This document shows, piece by piece, positions 16,593-26,499 of a DNA stretch of 64,000 nucleotides; position 1 is the first letter of the stretch; the number at the start of each line of letters is the position of its first letter. The notes beneath the pieces are model-generated. The model worked only from the letters and a program-made list of their open reading frames with translations, was not told the DNA's origin and ran no database searches. Both the position numbers and the translations under genes were made by a program. The stretch lies in the NCBI GenBank assembly GCA_964590575.1, contig CAZPWM010000003.1:4587-68586 (forward strand). Reading direction: 5' to 3'. The stretch comes from an uncultured archaeon. GTDB taxonomy: Archaea > Asgardarchaeota > Thorarchaeia > Thorarchaeales > Thorarchaeaceae.

Positions 16593-19517
16593 ATGGCTAA
16601 GAAAAAACAGAAGAACATCCTCAAGGGCAACCCTCTCTGGTCACTTGGGTATGCCATCACCTCAATAAAGACTTACAAAGTTCGTAACATGGGCATTGCT
16701 CTGGTCCTTGCAATCAGTGTAGCGATTCCAATGACCATCTTTGCTTGGACATACACTGGGTCTCGTCTGGCTGTCGAAACATATTTTGAAGATAACACTT
16801 ACCAGATTATTATTCAAAATGCTCCCGGAAATTATGATTACTCACACCTCTTTGACGCACAAGACCTTGTGATGAGCAGTCCGTACTCTGAGTATGCACA
16901 TATCACTCCCAGTACTGTTGGTATTCTCAGGATCGATGGAGTCACGCCTGAGTGGGATGCTTATTCCATTTACGCTCAAAACTATGGTCAAGGCATCAAA
17001 GATTGTCGAGTTATCATAGTCAATAATGAGATTCTTGATGTCTGGTCACGAGAGATAAAGTTCACAGGAAATACCACACTTCAACCTGGAGAAGTTATGG
17101 TGTCGCAGTGGTTTATCGAAACTGCAGAGCAAATGATGAACAGAACCCTCGGTGTCGATTTGGACCTTGAGATTGGTTCAGAGATTGGCATTGATGTTCT
17201 TCGCACTTACTACTCTCCTGATGAGGGAGTCCCCTTTGATCCATTATTACTCCATCGCCAGATTGTTCGAAATCTTACAATCGCAGGTATTTATGATGTG
17301 GGGGGTTCATCAATTGTTGTACAACCATTCGAATCCTATTTCCGAACGAACTATGGTCTCGTTGAACCTCCTATCTATGTCCTTGGCATGTTTGACTCAG
17401 TGTTGATGTTGGCTGATGAGCTTGGAGCAGAATCCGTTGATACAATCGCCAACAGTGGATTCTTCTCACCTGCCGAGTTTGTGCGCGGGTCTGTTGATGG
17501 TCTTATACAAAGTGGAGTGACATTTGCTGCACAAAATCTCCGCAATCTAAAGATACAGATTGGAGAGAGCGATGAGCTTCTAAGTGTGATTGGTCTAGAC
17601 AATATCGACAGTCTTCAAACCCATATCAGTACCTATCTTCAAAGTCAAGTATTGATTATCTTGGCTTTGCCCATTATGATTATGAGCTTGATGCTCACCA
17701 TCTTCACATCAGAAACGTCTGTGTCTCAGAGAAAAGGTGAGATTAGTGCACTTCGTGCAAAAGGCGCATCATTCAATCAGATATTTGCCGCATTCATTTG
17801 GGAGTCAGTATTTCTTTCAATCCTTGGCCTGATAATTGGACTTGCATTGGCTGTATTAGCTGCTCCATTGATGGGATCATCAACTGGACTCTTTTCATTT
17901 GATCCAGTTCTGTATAGTGGATTTGTGGCAAAGATGACCCTTCCTATACAATCACTAGTTTTGTCTGCGACTATCGCATTCTTCCTTCCTGCAGCTTACC
18001 TGTTGCATGTTGCTCGCAGGATTGATGTTGCAGAGATTGGACAACCTACTATGCGGATGACCTATGAGATACCCGAGGAAACGAAAATCGGATTCTATGT
18101 TCTGGGTCTAGGAGGAACATTGGCAGTGCTTCTTATAGTCCCGGTTCTGTTCAACCCTGTCGGTCAGACAGCGTTCGTTGAGATAATCATAGCAACATCA
18201 ATACTATTCCTTTCATCATATCTCGGGTCAAGAGCTATGCGATTAGTCACCGCTAATGCATCTGAGAGAGTTGGCCGCCTGATTGGTGAGAAGAAACTGT
18301 ATATGACTCAGAGTTTACGACGGCGAAAGGGACAATTCATTCCGCTCCTCGTGATTCTGACCTTGACACTTACGACTACAACAATGATGCTCATCCAAAC
18401 CGCAAGTTTCGAAACCACCCTTGCGAATGAAGCCAATTATGCACTAGGATGCGATATTCGGGTTGAGGGTCCTGAACACATGTTAGACTGGATTGATACT
18501 CTCGAAGGATATGAAGGAGTTGTCAGTGCGACTCCAGTCATCGAAACCCTTTCATATATCGGAGCAGAAGCTTTCTATCTTGAAGGGGTAAATGCAGGAG
18601 TGTATAGCGCAATAGGGGATTTCAGATCATCGAGTTTCGTAAGTGGGACTCCTGAGCAAGTCCTGACAGCCCTAGAGAATACCGAGAATGGCATCATCAT
18701 AAGCCAGTTCTATTCTGAAACCTGGAATGTTACTATCGGCGATTCATTGACGATTAGAGTTCTCTCTTCAAGCGGTAGTAATACTACTGCGTTCGAAATA
18801 GTTGGTGTTATGAAAAGTGCACCTGGTTTCGGAATGGCATCAACTCAAGATCTTGCTGGTATCCCATTTGGTTCGTACTTTGGTTTCCAACCTGGTCGAG
18901 GAGGCTTTGCATTAGTCAACATCGATTACCTGTCTGCGACAACTGAGTTTACGTCAACAAGGCTTTTCTTTGTAGGAACAACATCTCTTGCTGATGCATC
19001 AGATCTGATCAGTTTTGTCAGTGGAATTCCATACGCTGTAGTCTATACACCTGACACAATAGAGTTTGGTTCAGACACGGCCACAGGTCTCTTCCTTGCT
19101 GGATTAGAAGGTCTCACGATGATTGCGTTCATCATGTGTGCTACTATGGGTATTGCATCAATTGCATTATTCCTAGGTTCTGCAGTAATGGAACGTGAAC
19201 CTGAGTACGCACTGTTTCGCGCAATAGGTGGGACCAAAAGACAGGTGATATCTCTAGTGTTTGGTGAATTTGCAGGAAGTGTACTTGCGGCTGTGTTGAT
19301 CAGTCTGGGCCTTGGAGTATTATTTGGCTACACAATGACATTATTGACTTTTGGAATATCCTCTGTATGGCCAATTCTGGCAAAGATTCTGACCTATCCA
19401 TTGATGGTCATAGGGTTTACTGTAGCATTGGAATGTATCGCTATGGTTGCTGCATGTTACTTCCCAGCTAGAAGGGCTGGGAGCACAAATCCAGCTGAAG
19501 TATTGAGAAATATGTGA
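16593..19517 (+). CDS. FtsX/MacB-like ABC permease, paralog of the upstream gene
   Basis: LRAKGAS, EREPEYALFRAIGG, PARRAGSTNPAEVLR. Shares GIKDCRV and APGFG.AS with the upstream permease. GAGGTGAT RBS. Confidence 0.9.
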   Translation: MAKKKQKNILKGNPLWSLGYAITSIKTYKVRNMGIALVLAISVAIPMTIFAWTYTGSRLAVETYFEDNTYQIIIQNAPGNYDYSHLFDAQDLVMSSPYSEYAHITPSTVGILRIDGVTPEWDAYSIYAQNYGQGIKDCRVIIVNNEILDVWSREIKFTGNTTLQPGEVMVSQWFIETAEQMMNRTLGVDLDLEIGSEIGIDVLRTYYSPDEGVPFDPLLLHRQIVRNLTIAGIYDVGGSSIVVQPFESYFRTNYGLVEPPIYVLGMFDSVLMLADELGAESVDTIANSGFFSPAEFVRGSVDGLIQSGVTFAAQNLRNLKIQIGESDELLSVIGLDNIDSLQTHISTYLQSQVLIILALPIMIMSLMLTIFTSETSVSQRKGEISALRAKGASFNQIFAAFIWESVFLSILGLIIGLALAVLAAPLMGSSTGLFSFDPVLYSGFVAKMTLPIQSLVLSATIAFFLPAAYLLHVARRIDVAEIGQPTMRMTYEIPEETKIGFYVLGLGGTLAVLLIVPVLFNPVGQTAFVEIIIATSILFLSSYLGSRAMRLVTANASERVGRLIGEKKLYMTQSLRRRKGQFIPLLVILTLTLTTTTMMLIQTASFETTLANEANYALGCDIRVEGPEHMLDWIDTLEGYEGVVSATPVIETLSYIGAEAFYLEGVNAGVYSAIGDFRSSSFVSGTPEQVLTALENTENGIIISQFYSETWNVTIGDSLTIRVLSSSGSNTTAFEIVGVMKSAPGFGMASTQDLAGIPFGSYFGFQPGRGGFALVNIDYLSATTEFTSTRLFFVGTTSLADASDLISFVSGIPYAVVYTPDTIEFGSDTATGLFLAGLEGLTMIAFIMCATMGIASIALFLGSAVMEREPEYALFRAIGGTKRQVISLVFGEFAGSVLAAVLISLGLGVLFGYTMTLLTFGISSVWPILAKILTYPLMVIGFTVALECIAMVAACYFPARRAGSTNPAEVLRNM

Positions 19518-19527
19518 GGTAATTGAA

Positions 19528-20559
19528 ATGATTACAACTGTAGAAACGGAAGATGAACTTGACCTGTATAGTGAACTGCCAGATGATGTAGTTGTCAGTG
19601 TCAATGACTGTTACAAAATCTACAAGGCGCAAGAACTTGAGGTTGTAGCTCTTAGCGGGGTCTCTCTTCAGATTCTTGAAGGTAAGATCATGGCAGTCGT
19701 GGGTCCTAGCGGGTCAGGAAAGACCACCCTGATCAATGTCATTGGTGGTATCACAAAGGCAACCGTCGGTAAGGTCTACTGGGCTAATCTCAGGACTGAC
19801 ATTACGAAACTGAGTGAGAGGGTTCTTACTGAAGCCAGACGTAACTTCATTGGATTTCATTTTCAACTGAACAACCTACTACCTCATCTCAATGCATGGC
19901 AAAACGTGGAGCTTGCTGCAAGGATTGCTGGTGTGCCAAGACAGATTCGAAAGGATAGAGTCGACCGACTTGTCAAAATGGTTGGCCTTGAGGAACGAAA
20001 ACGTAACAAGGCCACAACGCTCAGTGGCGGTGAGAAGTCAAGAGTAGCGATTGCGAGTGCTCTTGTCAACCTCATCGACTCTGAAGGTAAGGGACTTGTA
20101 CTCTGCGATGAGCCCACCGGAGATCTAGACCCCGAAACCGGCGAACGAATACTTGACCTCTTTCAAGAGCTGAACGAAACCATAGGTACATCGTTCTTCA
20201 TTGTCACTCACAGTCAACAGGTGGCATCAAAGGCAGATCTGACTGTGGAGCTCCGAGATGGAGTCATCTCTGGTTTCCACCAGACTGGCATCGACCTAGA
20301 CATGCTTGACACAACCCGAATTGTAAGGTTAGATGACAAACATCGACTCCCAATGCCTACCGATCTTCTTGACCTTGCAGGCAATCCAAAAGAGTTCAGA
20401 CTCAGCTATGCAGATGATAAGTTCACACTTGTCCCTCAAACTGGTGAAGTGGTTGACCAGATGCGTGAGAAGAAAGCACGAATTTGCAGAGTCTGTGGTT
20501 CACAGATTCCTGGTGGAAAGTTCATCTGTTCTAACTGTGGAAGCCAAGTCACAGTATAG
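19528..20559 (+). CDS. ABC ATP-binding protein with C-terminal AbrB-like segment and double zinc ribbon
   Basis: GPSGSGKTT, LSGGE, DEPTG, VTH, then VRLDDKHRLPMP..L and CRVC...CSNCG. Confidence 0.9.
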   Translation: MITTVETEDELDLYSELPDDVVVSVNDCYKIYKAQELEVVALSGVSLQILEGKIMAVVGPSGSGKTTLINVIGGITKATVGKVYWANLRTDITKLSERVLTEARRNFIGFHFQLNNLLPHLNAWQNVELAARIAGVPRQIRKDRVDRLVKMVGLEERKRNKATTLSGGEKSRVAIASALVNLIDSEGKGLVLCDEPTGDLDPETGERILDLFQELNETIGTSFFIVTHSQQVASKADLTVELRDGVISGFHQTGIDLDMLDTTRIVRLDDKHRLPMPTDLLDLAGNPKEFRLSYADDKFTLVPQTGEVVDQMREKKARICRVCGSQIPGGKFICSNCGSQVTV

Positions 20560-20570
20560 TTTCAAGACTG

Positions 20571-21059
20571 TTAGAGACTCGCTTCTGGCGAGTCGCTTCT
20601 CATGAATAATGAGACAAGTTGTTCTATAGTAGTCCAGTGTTCCATGTACTTACGGACCATGCGGCGCTCTCTCTTCAGGTTCTTGATACCGAGTAGTTCG
20701 AGCTCCTTCTCAAGAAATCTGTAAATCTCCTTCCCCTTTTTGTCGAAATCAGTGAGAATGAGAACCTGTCCATCCATCCCCGTCTTAGCCTCTATCTTCT
20801 CAACAAGTCTATTTCTTGATAACCTAGTCTGAGTCCTGATAATAGGTGCATCCAGTCCAAGGTTTCGAAGGACTGAAACATCTCGCTTCCCTTCAACAAT
20901 TACAAGCAGATTAGGGTACCTTGAATCAAGAGTCTGAATCGTTTCAATGAGACTTCGTTCATACGGAGTAAGTCTTCTATTGCGCTTCTGCTCAATAGTT
21001 CTCCAGAGACCTTCCTTTCCTCGTATGGGTTCATCGTTCTCTTCAGTCAAGAAATACAC
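20571..21059 (-). CDS. small TOPRIM-domain protein (RNase M5-like)
   Basis: IVEGKRD and ILTDFDKKG TOPRIM motifs. Confidence 0.88.
   Translation of the reverse strand: MYFLTEENDEPIRGKEGLWRTIEQKRNRRLTPYERSLIETIQTLDSRYPNLLVIVEGKRDVSVLRNLGLDAPIIRTQTRLSRNRLVEKIEAKTGMDGQVLILTDFDKKGKEIYRFLEKELELLGIKNLKRERRMVRKYMEHWTTIEQLVSLFMRSDSPEASL
20576..20594. terminator. 7-bp hairpin at a convergent gene junction
   Basis: GACTCGC-TTCTG-GCGAGTC. Confidence 0.4.
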
Positions 21060-21068
21060 CAGACTTGG

Positions 21069-22112
21069 TCATAGAGTAATGGAGATTTTCATCGTTTTAC
21101 CCGCGCCCATCATCTCTAGAGCTTCACCAATCTTTTCTACAGGCATCTCGTGAGATATCAATAGGTCTGTGTTTACATCTCCGGCGATAATGAGTTTCAG
21201 CGCTTGCTCCACATGCTTTGGTTTGAGATGGAATACGCCCTTTATCGTTAGTTGGCCATAGTGGAATCTTCCTGTGTCTAACTCGAATTGAGTCCCTGAA
21301 GCTGCGCCTCCAAACAGAACTGTTGTGCCCGCATCTCGTGTCATAGCTACAGCTTGTTCCCAGGTCTGGCGAATCCCAACCGCTTCAATAACTACATCAG
21401 CACCTCTTCCACCGGTTTCACCCTTTACTCTTTCAACAGCGTCTTCTTTTGAGGGATCTATGACAATGTCTGCACCTGCCTTCAGTGCAATATCCCTTCT
21501 GAGTTCTGCTAGGTCAGAAGCAATGACAGTTGATGCTCCAGTCTTCTTTGCTAACATAATCAGCATCTGACCGATTGGTCCCGCTCCGATCACAACAACG
21601 GTGTCACCAAGTTTAATGTTTGACTCTTCTATTCCATGGACCACACATGCTAAAGGCTCAGTGAGTGCCGCATCTCTGAACGACAGTGAGTCTGGTATCT
21701 GATGAGTATTCCAACGAACGACAGCCTTTGGAACCCTGATGTACTCTGCAAATGCCCCATTGACAAGATTATCCTTCAACTCTGCACATAGATTTGGCAT
21801 GTCTCTCTTACAGTAGAAACAGTTTCCACAAGGAGCAGAATTTGTCGCGACAACCCTCATTCCTACTTTGAAATCTTCAACACCCTCTCCAACTGCTTCA
21901 ATAGTGCCTGCATATTCATGACCAAACAATGAAGGGATTTGCTTGATCAGCACAGGGTGTCCTCGTTTGTAGGTTTTGACATCAGTTCCACATGTTAGGG
22001 CTGTACCAACTTTGATCAGCAGCTCGCCAGGTCCTATCTCAGGGATGTCGACTTCTTCGAATCGAATGTCCCCAATACCATAGTACATTGCGGCTTTCAT
22101 CTTTCGCGACAT
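21069..22112 (-). CDS. Zn-dependent alcohol/polyol dehydrogenase (MDR family)
   Basis: CGTD, GHE, CGNCFYC....NLC, GAGPIG. Confidence 0.93.
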   Translation of the reverse strand: MSRKMKAAMYYGIGDIRFEEVDIPEIGPGELLIKVGTALTCGTDVKTYKRGHPVLIKQIPSLFGHEYAGTIEAVGEGVEDFKVGMRVVATNSAPCGNCFYCKRDMPNLCAELKDNLVNGAFAEYIRVPKAVVRWNTHQIPDSLSFRDAALTEPLACVVHGIEESNIKLGDTVVVIGAGPIGQMLIMLAKKTGASTVIASDLAELRRDIALKAGADIVIDPSKEDAVERVKGETGGRGADVVIEAVGIRQTWEQAVAMTRDAGTTVLFGGAASGTQFELDTGRFHYGQLTIKGVFHLKPKHVEQALKLIIAGDVNTDLLISHEMPVEKIGEALEMMGAGKTMKISITL

Positions 22113-22215
22113 GTGCATCAAAACATCCTCTCAAAGTCCGTTTAAATCACTTCCTGACTGCCAAACCACAATGCTTAACCTTCATTCCCCAGAGCCAGAG
22201 AGTGGATGGTTTGCC

Positions 22216-22668
22216 ATGCGAATAAAATCAAGATATCCCGAACGTATAGAATACCTTGCAGAGAGTGTATGGGACGGCAAGACTGGTGGTACAATCACAA
22301 CCAGTGATGAACGCCAAATTGTATACGATACACCAAAAACCTATGCTGGCCGCGGAGAGGGAATTTGCCCCGATGAGCTATTCGTGTCTGCAGTACTTGG
22401 CTGCTTGAACAATACATTCCTTGATTTTCAGCGACGATTTGAAATGGAGCTTGTGTCTTTCAAGCTTAGTGGCAAGGCAACTGCAATCTTTGATGGTGAG
22501 GGCTACAAAATCACTGAATGTCGGGTAACAGGTGAAGTTGTGGTGGGCGAAGACGAGCTCGAAACTGGCCAACGTTGTGTGGAACTCATGAAACAGTTCT
22601 GTCATCTTACAAGAACGATTAAGGACTGTCTCCCCTTCTATTATGATGTTTCAGTTCGGGAAGAGTAG
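22216..22668 (+). CDS. OsmC/Ohr family protein
   Basis: CPDELFVSAVLGC ... FCHL. ATG at 22216. Confidence 0.85.
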   Translation: MRIKSRYPERIEYLAESVWDGKTGGTITTSDERQIVYDTPKTYAGRGEGICPDELFVSAVLGCLNNTFLDFQRRFEMELVSFKLSGKATAIFDGEGYKITECRVTGEVVVGEDELETGQRCVELMKQFCHLTRTIKDCLPFYYDVSVREE

Positions 22669-22669
22669 A

Positions 22670-23161
22670 CTATGTTTCTAACTCTTTCATCAATTGCGCA
22701 ATCCGATTCATATAGGCATTGATATTTGTCCATTGTCCACCCTGAAAGAAGACGCTTTTACAATACTCACAGAACCAGAAATCTGTGTAATGATTGTACG
22801 TTTGTTCTGGGACTAGGTTTTTGACTCTCTCTTTCTCCTCCTCTTTGAGGTGAGTCAAAGAACCATTGCATTTTGTGCATCGCGATTTGGAGGGGTTTGC
22901 ATCTGGACTGATTCCGTATTTCAAGAACACGCTAGCAACCTCATCATCAACCGAACCCCGTACAAGCATGCATTCCAGTCCAGCCTCCTCCGCTCGCCTG
23001 GACAATATAGCATCGGATGTCAGTAGGACCCTGTCCTGTTCAAGTGCAATTTGCAGCAACGCATCATCATGGACCTTTGTAGAATAGAACGCGTCCTGTC
23101 CCGTGAGTCGTAGCCATGTAGCAAGTTTACCAAGCATGGCATCGACGATGAAGGTCTTCAT
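22670..23161 (-). CDS. Mut7-C RNase (PIN) domain protein (DUF82)
   Basis: FIVDAMLGKLATWLR..G.D, RVLLTSD, RCTKCNG, FCEYCKSVFFQG. Confidence 0.92.
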   Translation of the reverse strand: MKTFIVDAMLGKLATWLRLTGQDAFYSTKVHDDALLQIALEQDRVLLTSDAILSRRAEEAGLECMLVRGSVDDEVASVFLKYGISPDANPSKSRCTKCNGSLTHLKEEEKERVKNLVPEQTYNHYTDFWFCEYCKSVFFQGGQWTNINAYMNRIAQLMKELET

Positions 23162-24063
23162 GGCCTTTCACCAAAGATGATACGCGTAGCATTCTTCCAC
23201 ATGACCTTCTCAATCTCATCCTCTCTGACCTGCTTGTATCCTTGATCCACCAAATTAGAGGGCAATTGTAGTGTGGAAAAGAACTCTACCCATTTCTTGA
23301 GCGGCATTGTGTACTCGAAGAGGGGAAAGTCACTTCCAAATAGCATGCGATTCGGGAAGACTCGTAAGAGCTTTGCATCTCCAACCATCTGGTGGACCTT
23401 CATAGGAACGCTAGATGCGAATACTTGCCATCCAGAAACATCAACCAAAATATTCGGGTTCTTGGAAGCAATCATCAATGTTTCATCTTGCCATGGAATG
23501 CCTACGTGAGCCAAGACAATCTTCAGGTCTGGAAAGTCTGACGCAACTCTGTCAACATAGACTGGTCTAGCGTACTTCACATGCTTGAAGCGTGTTGTGA
23601 ATCCTTGATGAATGACGATAGGTATGTTTAGATCGACACAGAGTTTGTAGTATGGATCAAATTCCTTGTCATCTGGATAGAACCCATTCGGAGGGTACAT
23701 CTTCCATCCTCGACACCCCTTCTCGTTGACTGCACGTTCTAGCTCCTTTAGCCCAGCTTCTCCTCTTCTTGGATCAAGACCAACAAAGGAAACGACATTT
23801 GGATCATTCGCGACCTCATTGGCATGCCAGTCAGTCTTCTCAGCTAGGGATAGAGGCATCTGCTGGTAAAGCGCGCTATCAATAGGAAGGACGACTGCAC
23901 AATCTACACCACTCACTTTCATTGCTTCACGAAGAGAGTCTATAGTCGAATCAAGAACTGGCTCAACGCCCATTCTGTCGGCGGCAATACGACGTGCCTC
24001 CAAGTCCCTCTTGCTGATGATATCTCTCGACCATGTGTGGGTATGTGCGTCAATGACTCTCAT
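23158..24063 (-). CDS. amidohydrolase family 2 protein
   Basis: IDAHTH, GWKMYP, VIHQG, VLAHVG, LFGSDFP. Confidence 0.92.
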   Translation of the reverse strand: MRVIDAHTHTWSRDIISKRDLEARRIAADRMGVEPVLDSTIDSLREAMKVSGVDCAVVLPIDSALYQQMPLSLAEKTDWHANEVANDPNVVSFVGLDPRRGEAGLKELERAVNEKGCRGWKMYPPNGFYPDDKEFDPYYKLCVDLNIPIVIHQGFTTRFKHVKYARPVYVDRVASDFPDLKIVLAHVGIPWQDETLMIASKNPNILVDVSGWQVFASSVPMKVHQMVGDAKLLRVFPNRMLFGSDFPLFEYTMPLKKWVEFFSTLQLPSNLVDQGYKQVREDEIEKVMWKNATRIIFGERP

Positions 24064-24074
24064 ATGAACACCTT

Positions 24075-24920
24075 CTATATTCCACCTCGAATTCTCTCTA
24101 AACTATCGATAGTTCCAATTGGGACAGTAACACTTCCTAACTCGGTCCAGTTGACTGTTCCGTGATAATCACTTCCACCTGTGTGAATGATATTCATATC
24201 CTGAATGACCTCTCTCACTTCGTCACACGTGCGATGTAATCCCATGAAGGTATAGTCATATTCCACTTCAATACCCATAAGACCTACGTTAGTGAGGATT
24301 TCTATGAACGAACGAAGATTATCAACTTTGATAGTGAGAGGGTGTGCCAAGACAGGAACTGCCCGAACTGATCTTAGGAGCTTCACAGCCTCGAGTGTTT
24401 GCATTCGTTCTTTTTTCACATATGCTGGTCTATCAGCAGCCAAGTACTTCTGAAACGCCTCTAATGTTGTCTTAACGACCCCCTTCTCGACCAATAATTG
24501 TGCAACATGAGGTCGTCCAGGACTAGATACTCCTTCGAGCCTCTCATAGAGTTCCTCCATTGTAACGTCGACTCCCAGATCGTTTAATTTCTTGATCATC
24601 TTTGGAAGTCGTTCATGCCTTGACTTTCTCAGATATGCCAAGTTGTCATTGAGAGGTTTAGAATCGAGGGGTGCAAAGTACCCGAGTATATGGACCTCCT
24701 TATTTTCATACTCGGTGCTTATCTCAAGTCCAGGAACTCGAACTAACTCATCAGATACGTTGGCTCCCATGAACTCTTGTATCCCCGCTAGTGAATCATG
24801 GTCGGTAAGTGCTATACCGCCAAGTTTCATTGCATCTGCTTTTTTCGCAAGAGCACTGGGAGTATCAGTGCCATCTGAAAATGAAGAATGAGTGTGCAAG
24901 TCAGCACGGGCTCTCACCAT
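24075..24920 (-). CDS. PHP-domain phosphoesterase (YciV/TrpH-like)
   Basis: DLHTHSSFSDG, ALTDHD, GLEIS..HILGY, GRPH, LAHP, GGSDYHG. Confidence 0.93.
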   Translation of the reverse strand: MVRARADLHTHSSFSDGTDTPSALAKKADAMKLGGIALTDHDSLAGIQEFMGANVSDELVRVPGLEISTEYENKEVHILGYFAPLDSKPLNDNLAYLRKSRHERLPKMIKKLNDLGVDVTMEELYERLEGVSSPGRPHVAQLLVEKGVVKTTLEAFQKYLAADRPAYVKKERMQTLEAVKLLRSVRAVPVLAHPLTIKVDNLRSFIEILTNVGLMGIEVEYDYTFMGLHRTCDEVREVIQDMNIIHTGGSDYHGTVNWTELGSVTVPIGTIDSLERIRGGI

Positions 24921-25317
24921 GTGCCGCCTCCTTCCGAAGTGTTTCTACAAGTTTTCGAACCTTATGACATACCTTCCGTATCTCCTCACGAGTCATGGTT
25001 TCTCCAGATGGACAGTCTCTATCGATTATGCATTTCTTCCTTCTTGCATCATAGATTATTGGATAGTACCGACAGCCCTCTGGCCTATTCTCATAGATAC
25101 GACATATCTTCGTTTCTGGATTGTAGAAGAAGCAGTTTCCCTCCACATTCCTTAGTTCGCAGAAACCTGCCATTACTCGCACAAGGAAATCTTTCCTATC
25201 ATACCCCAAGGCTTCAATCTTCTTTACATCCTCTCGGGTCAAGGTCATCTCTGTTTCAGTACAACACAGACGAATATCTTCACATGATCCATCATGGTTG
25301 CAAACGAATGGGGTCAC
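24901..25317 (-). CDS. YkgJ family cysteine-cluster protein
   Basis: C..C...CC, CFF.....C.IYENRP.GCR.YP. Confidence 0.88.
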   Translation of the reverse strand: MTPFVCNHDGSCEDIRLCCTETEMTLTREDVKKIEALGYDRKDFLVRVMAGFCELRNVEGNCFFYNPETKICRIYENRPEGCRYYPIIYDARRKKCIIDRDCPSGETMTREEIRKVCHKVRKLVETLRKEAAHGESPC

Positions 25318-25461
25318 CGCGTTGTGTACTCCTAATATATCGGTCAGATTGCGGTTTAGTGTTCATCACGCTGATGAGGTCGCTCACTTCCCTACTTCAT
25401 CATCATCCCGACAAGAAAGAAGTAACCGGCTCAAGGCTAAATATGCTTTCCAAAGGGGTCA

Positions 25462-26082
25462 TCATTCACTTTTCTTCTTCAATCTACTTGCTATCAACCA
25501 CGTTATGAGAGATAGCTCAGCAAAGATCGCTGCCAGAGTGACGCCGGTCTGTTTGATTTCAACTGCATAGAGACCTGCATAATCAACACCAGAAAGTGTG
25601 ATCTCCCTTGTAACAATCCAAAAATCTATGCCTTCTGTTCCCAAAGTTGAAAAACGACTCTGGACAAGCAAGCTTGTTTCCTTGTCATAATAAACAGTAG
25701 TTTCTTCATCTATCTCGCAGACCCAACAATCATACCCTCGCCATGTGGTTTCATTGGTTACAATTGCTGTGTGGTTTCCAATGTTGACACTCGCAGAGAG
25801 GTGCCATGAGCTAACATCCAACCTTATTGGATATCCCCTGTAGTACTGATTATCTAAAACCTGGAGTATATTGACTCGAGATACAATGCAAGAAACGGAT
25901 TCAAATTTATCTTCACTATTCCACCCTGATATGCTTGTATAGGTGGCTTCGTGATACTGGTAGTTGAGTGAAATATTCCTCAATCTATCATCATTTGGCA
26001 AATCTAGAAAAATGACAAGCATACTGGCAGAACACATTAACAATAAGCCCACAGCAAGCCAAATAGATCTGGTCGAAATCAT
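25462..26082 (-). CDS. hypothetical protein with N- and C-terminal hydrophobic helices
   Basis: 206-aa ORF with TM segments at both ends and a YYDKETSLL beta motif. Confidence 0.7.
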   Translation of the reverse strand: MISTRSIWLAVGLLLMCSASMLVIFLDLPNDDRLRNISLNYQYHEATYTSISGWNSEDKFESVSCIVSRVNILQVLDNQYYRGYPIRLDVSSWHLSASVNIGNHTAIVTNETTWRGYDCWVCEIDEETTVYYDKETSLLVQSRFSTLGTEGIDFWIVTREITLSGVDYAGLYAVEIKQTGVTLAAIFAELSLITWLIASRLKKKSE

Positions 26083-26133
26083 CCATCCCCTGATTGCCTT
26101 TCCCTGTGAGGCTATAAATTTGATGAGTGAAAA

Positions 26134-26382
26134 TTAGAGGTTTCTTCGTGCAAGTCGCCGTGACGGTGAGAGATTCTTTTTCATATCCTCGACATCAGTT
26201 CCCTCAGGTAAGTTCTGAAGAGTGAGTTTCTTTCCAGTGATTCGATAATATGCGTTAGCGCGAATTGCATAAATATAGGCCATTAAGTCATTAGGCTGTG
26301 TTGTGGCACCAAGAAGTAGCGCACGTCGTCTTCCAAACACATCAAGAAGTTTATCTAATATCTTCATATCAGTTCGTTCCAA
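26134..26382 (-). CDS. hypothetical protein
   Basis: 82-aa ORF filling the gap between genes; no recognised motif. Confidence 0.5.
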   Translation of the reverse strand: MERTDMKILDKLLDVFGRRRALLLGATTQPNDLMAYIYAIRANAYYRITGKKLTLQNLPEGTDVEDMKKNLSPSRRLARRNL

Positions 26383-26499
26383 GAATGGTTTCTCGGGATT
26401 GCAGAAAAGGATTGTTATCTAGTCAATCGCACCCAGCCAAAGTGCTAAATACTCCCCCAAGCATCCTCGCGCAGCCCTCAACAGGTGTTGACATTTCCC

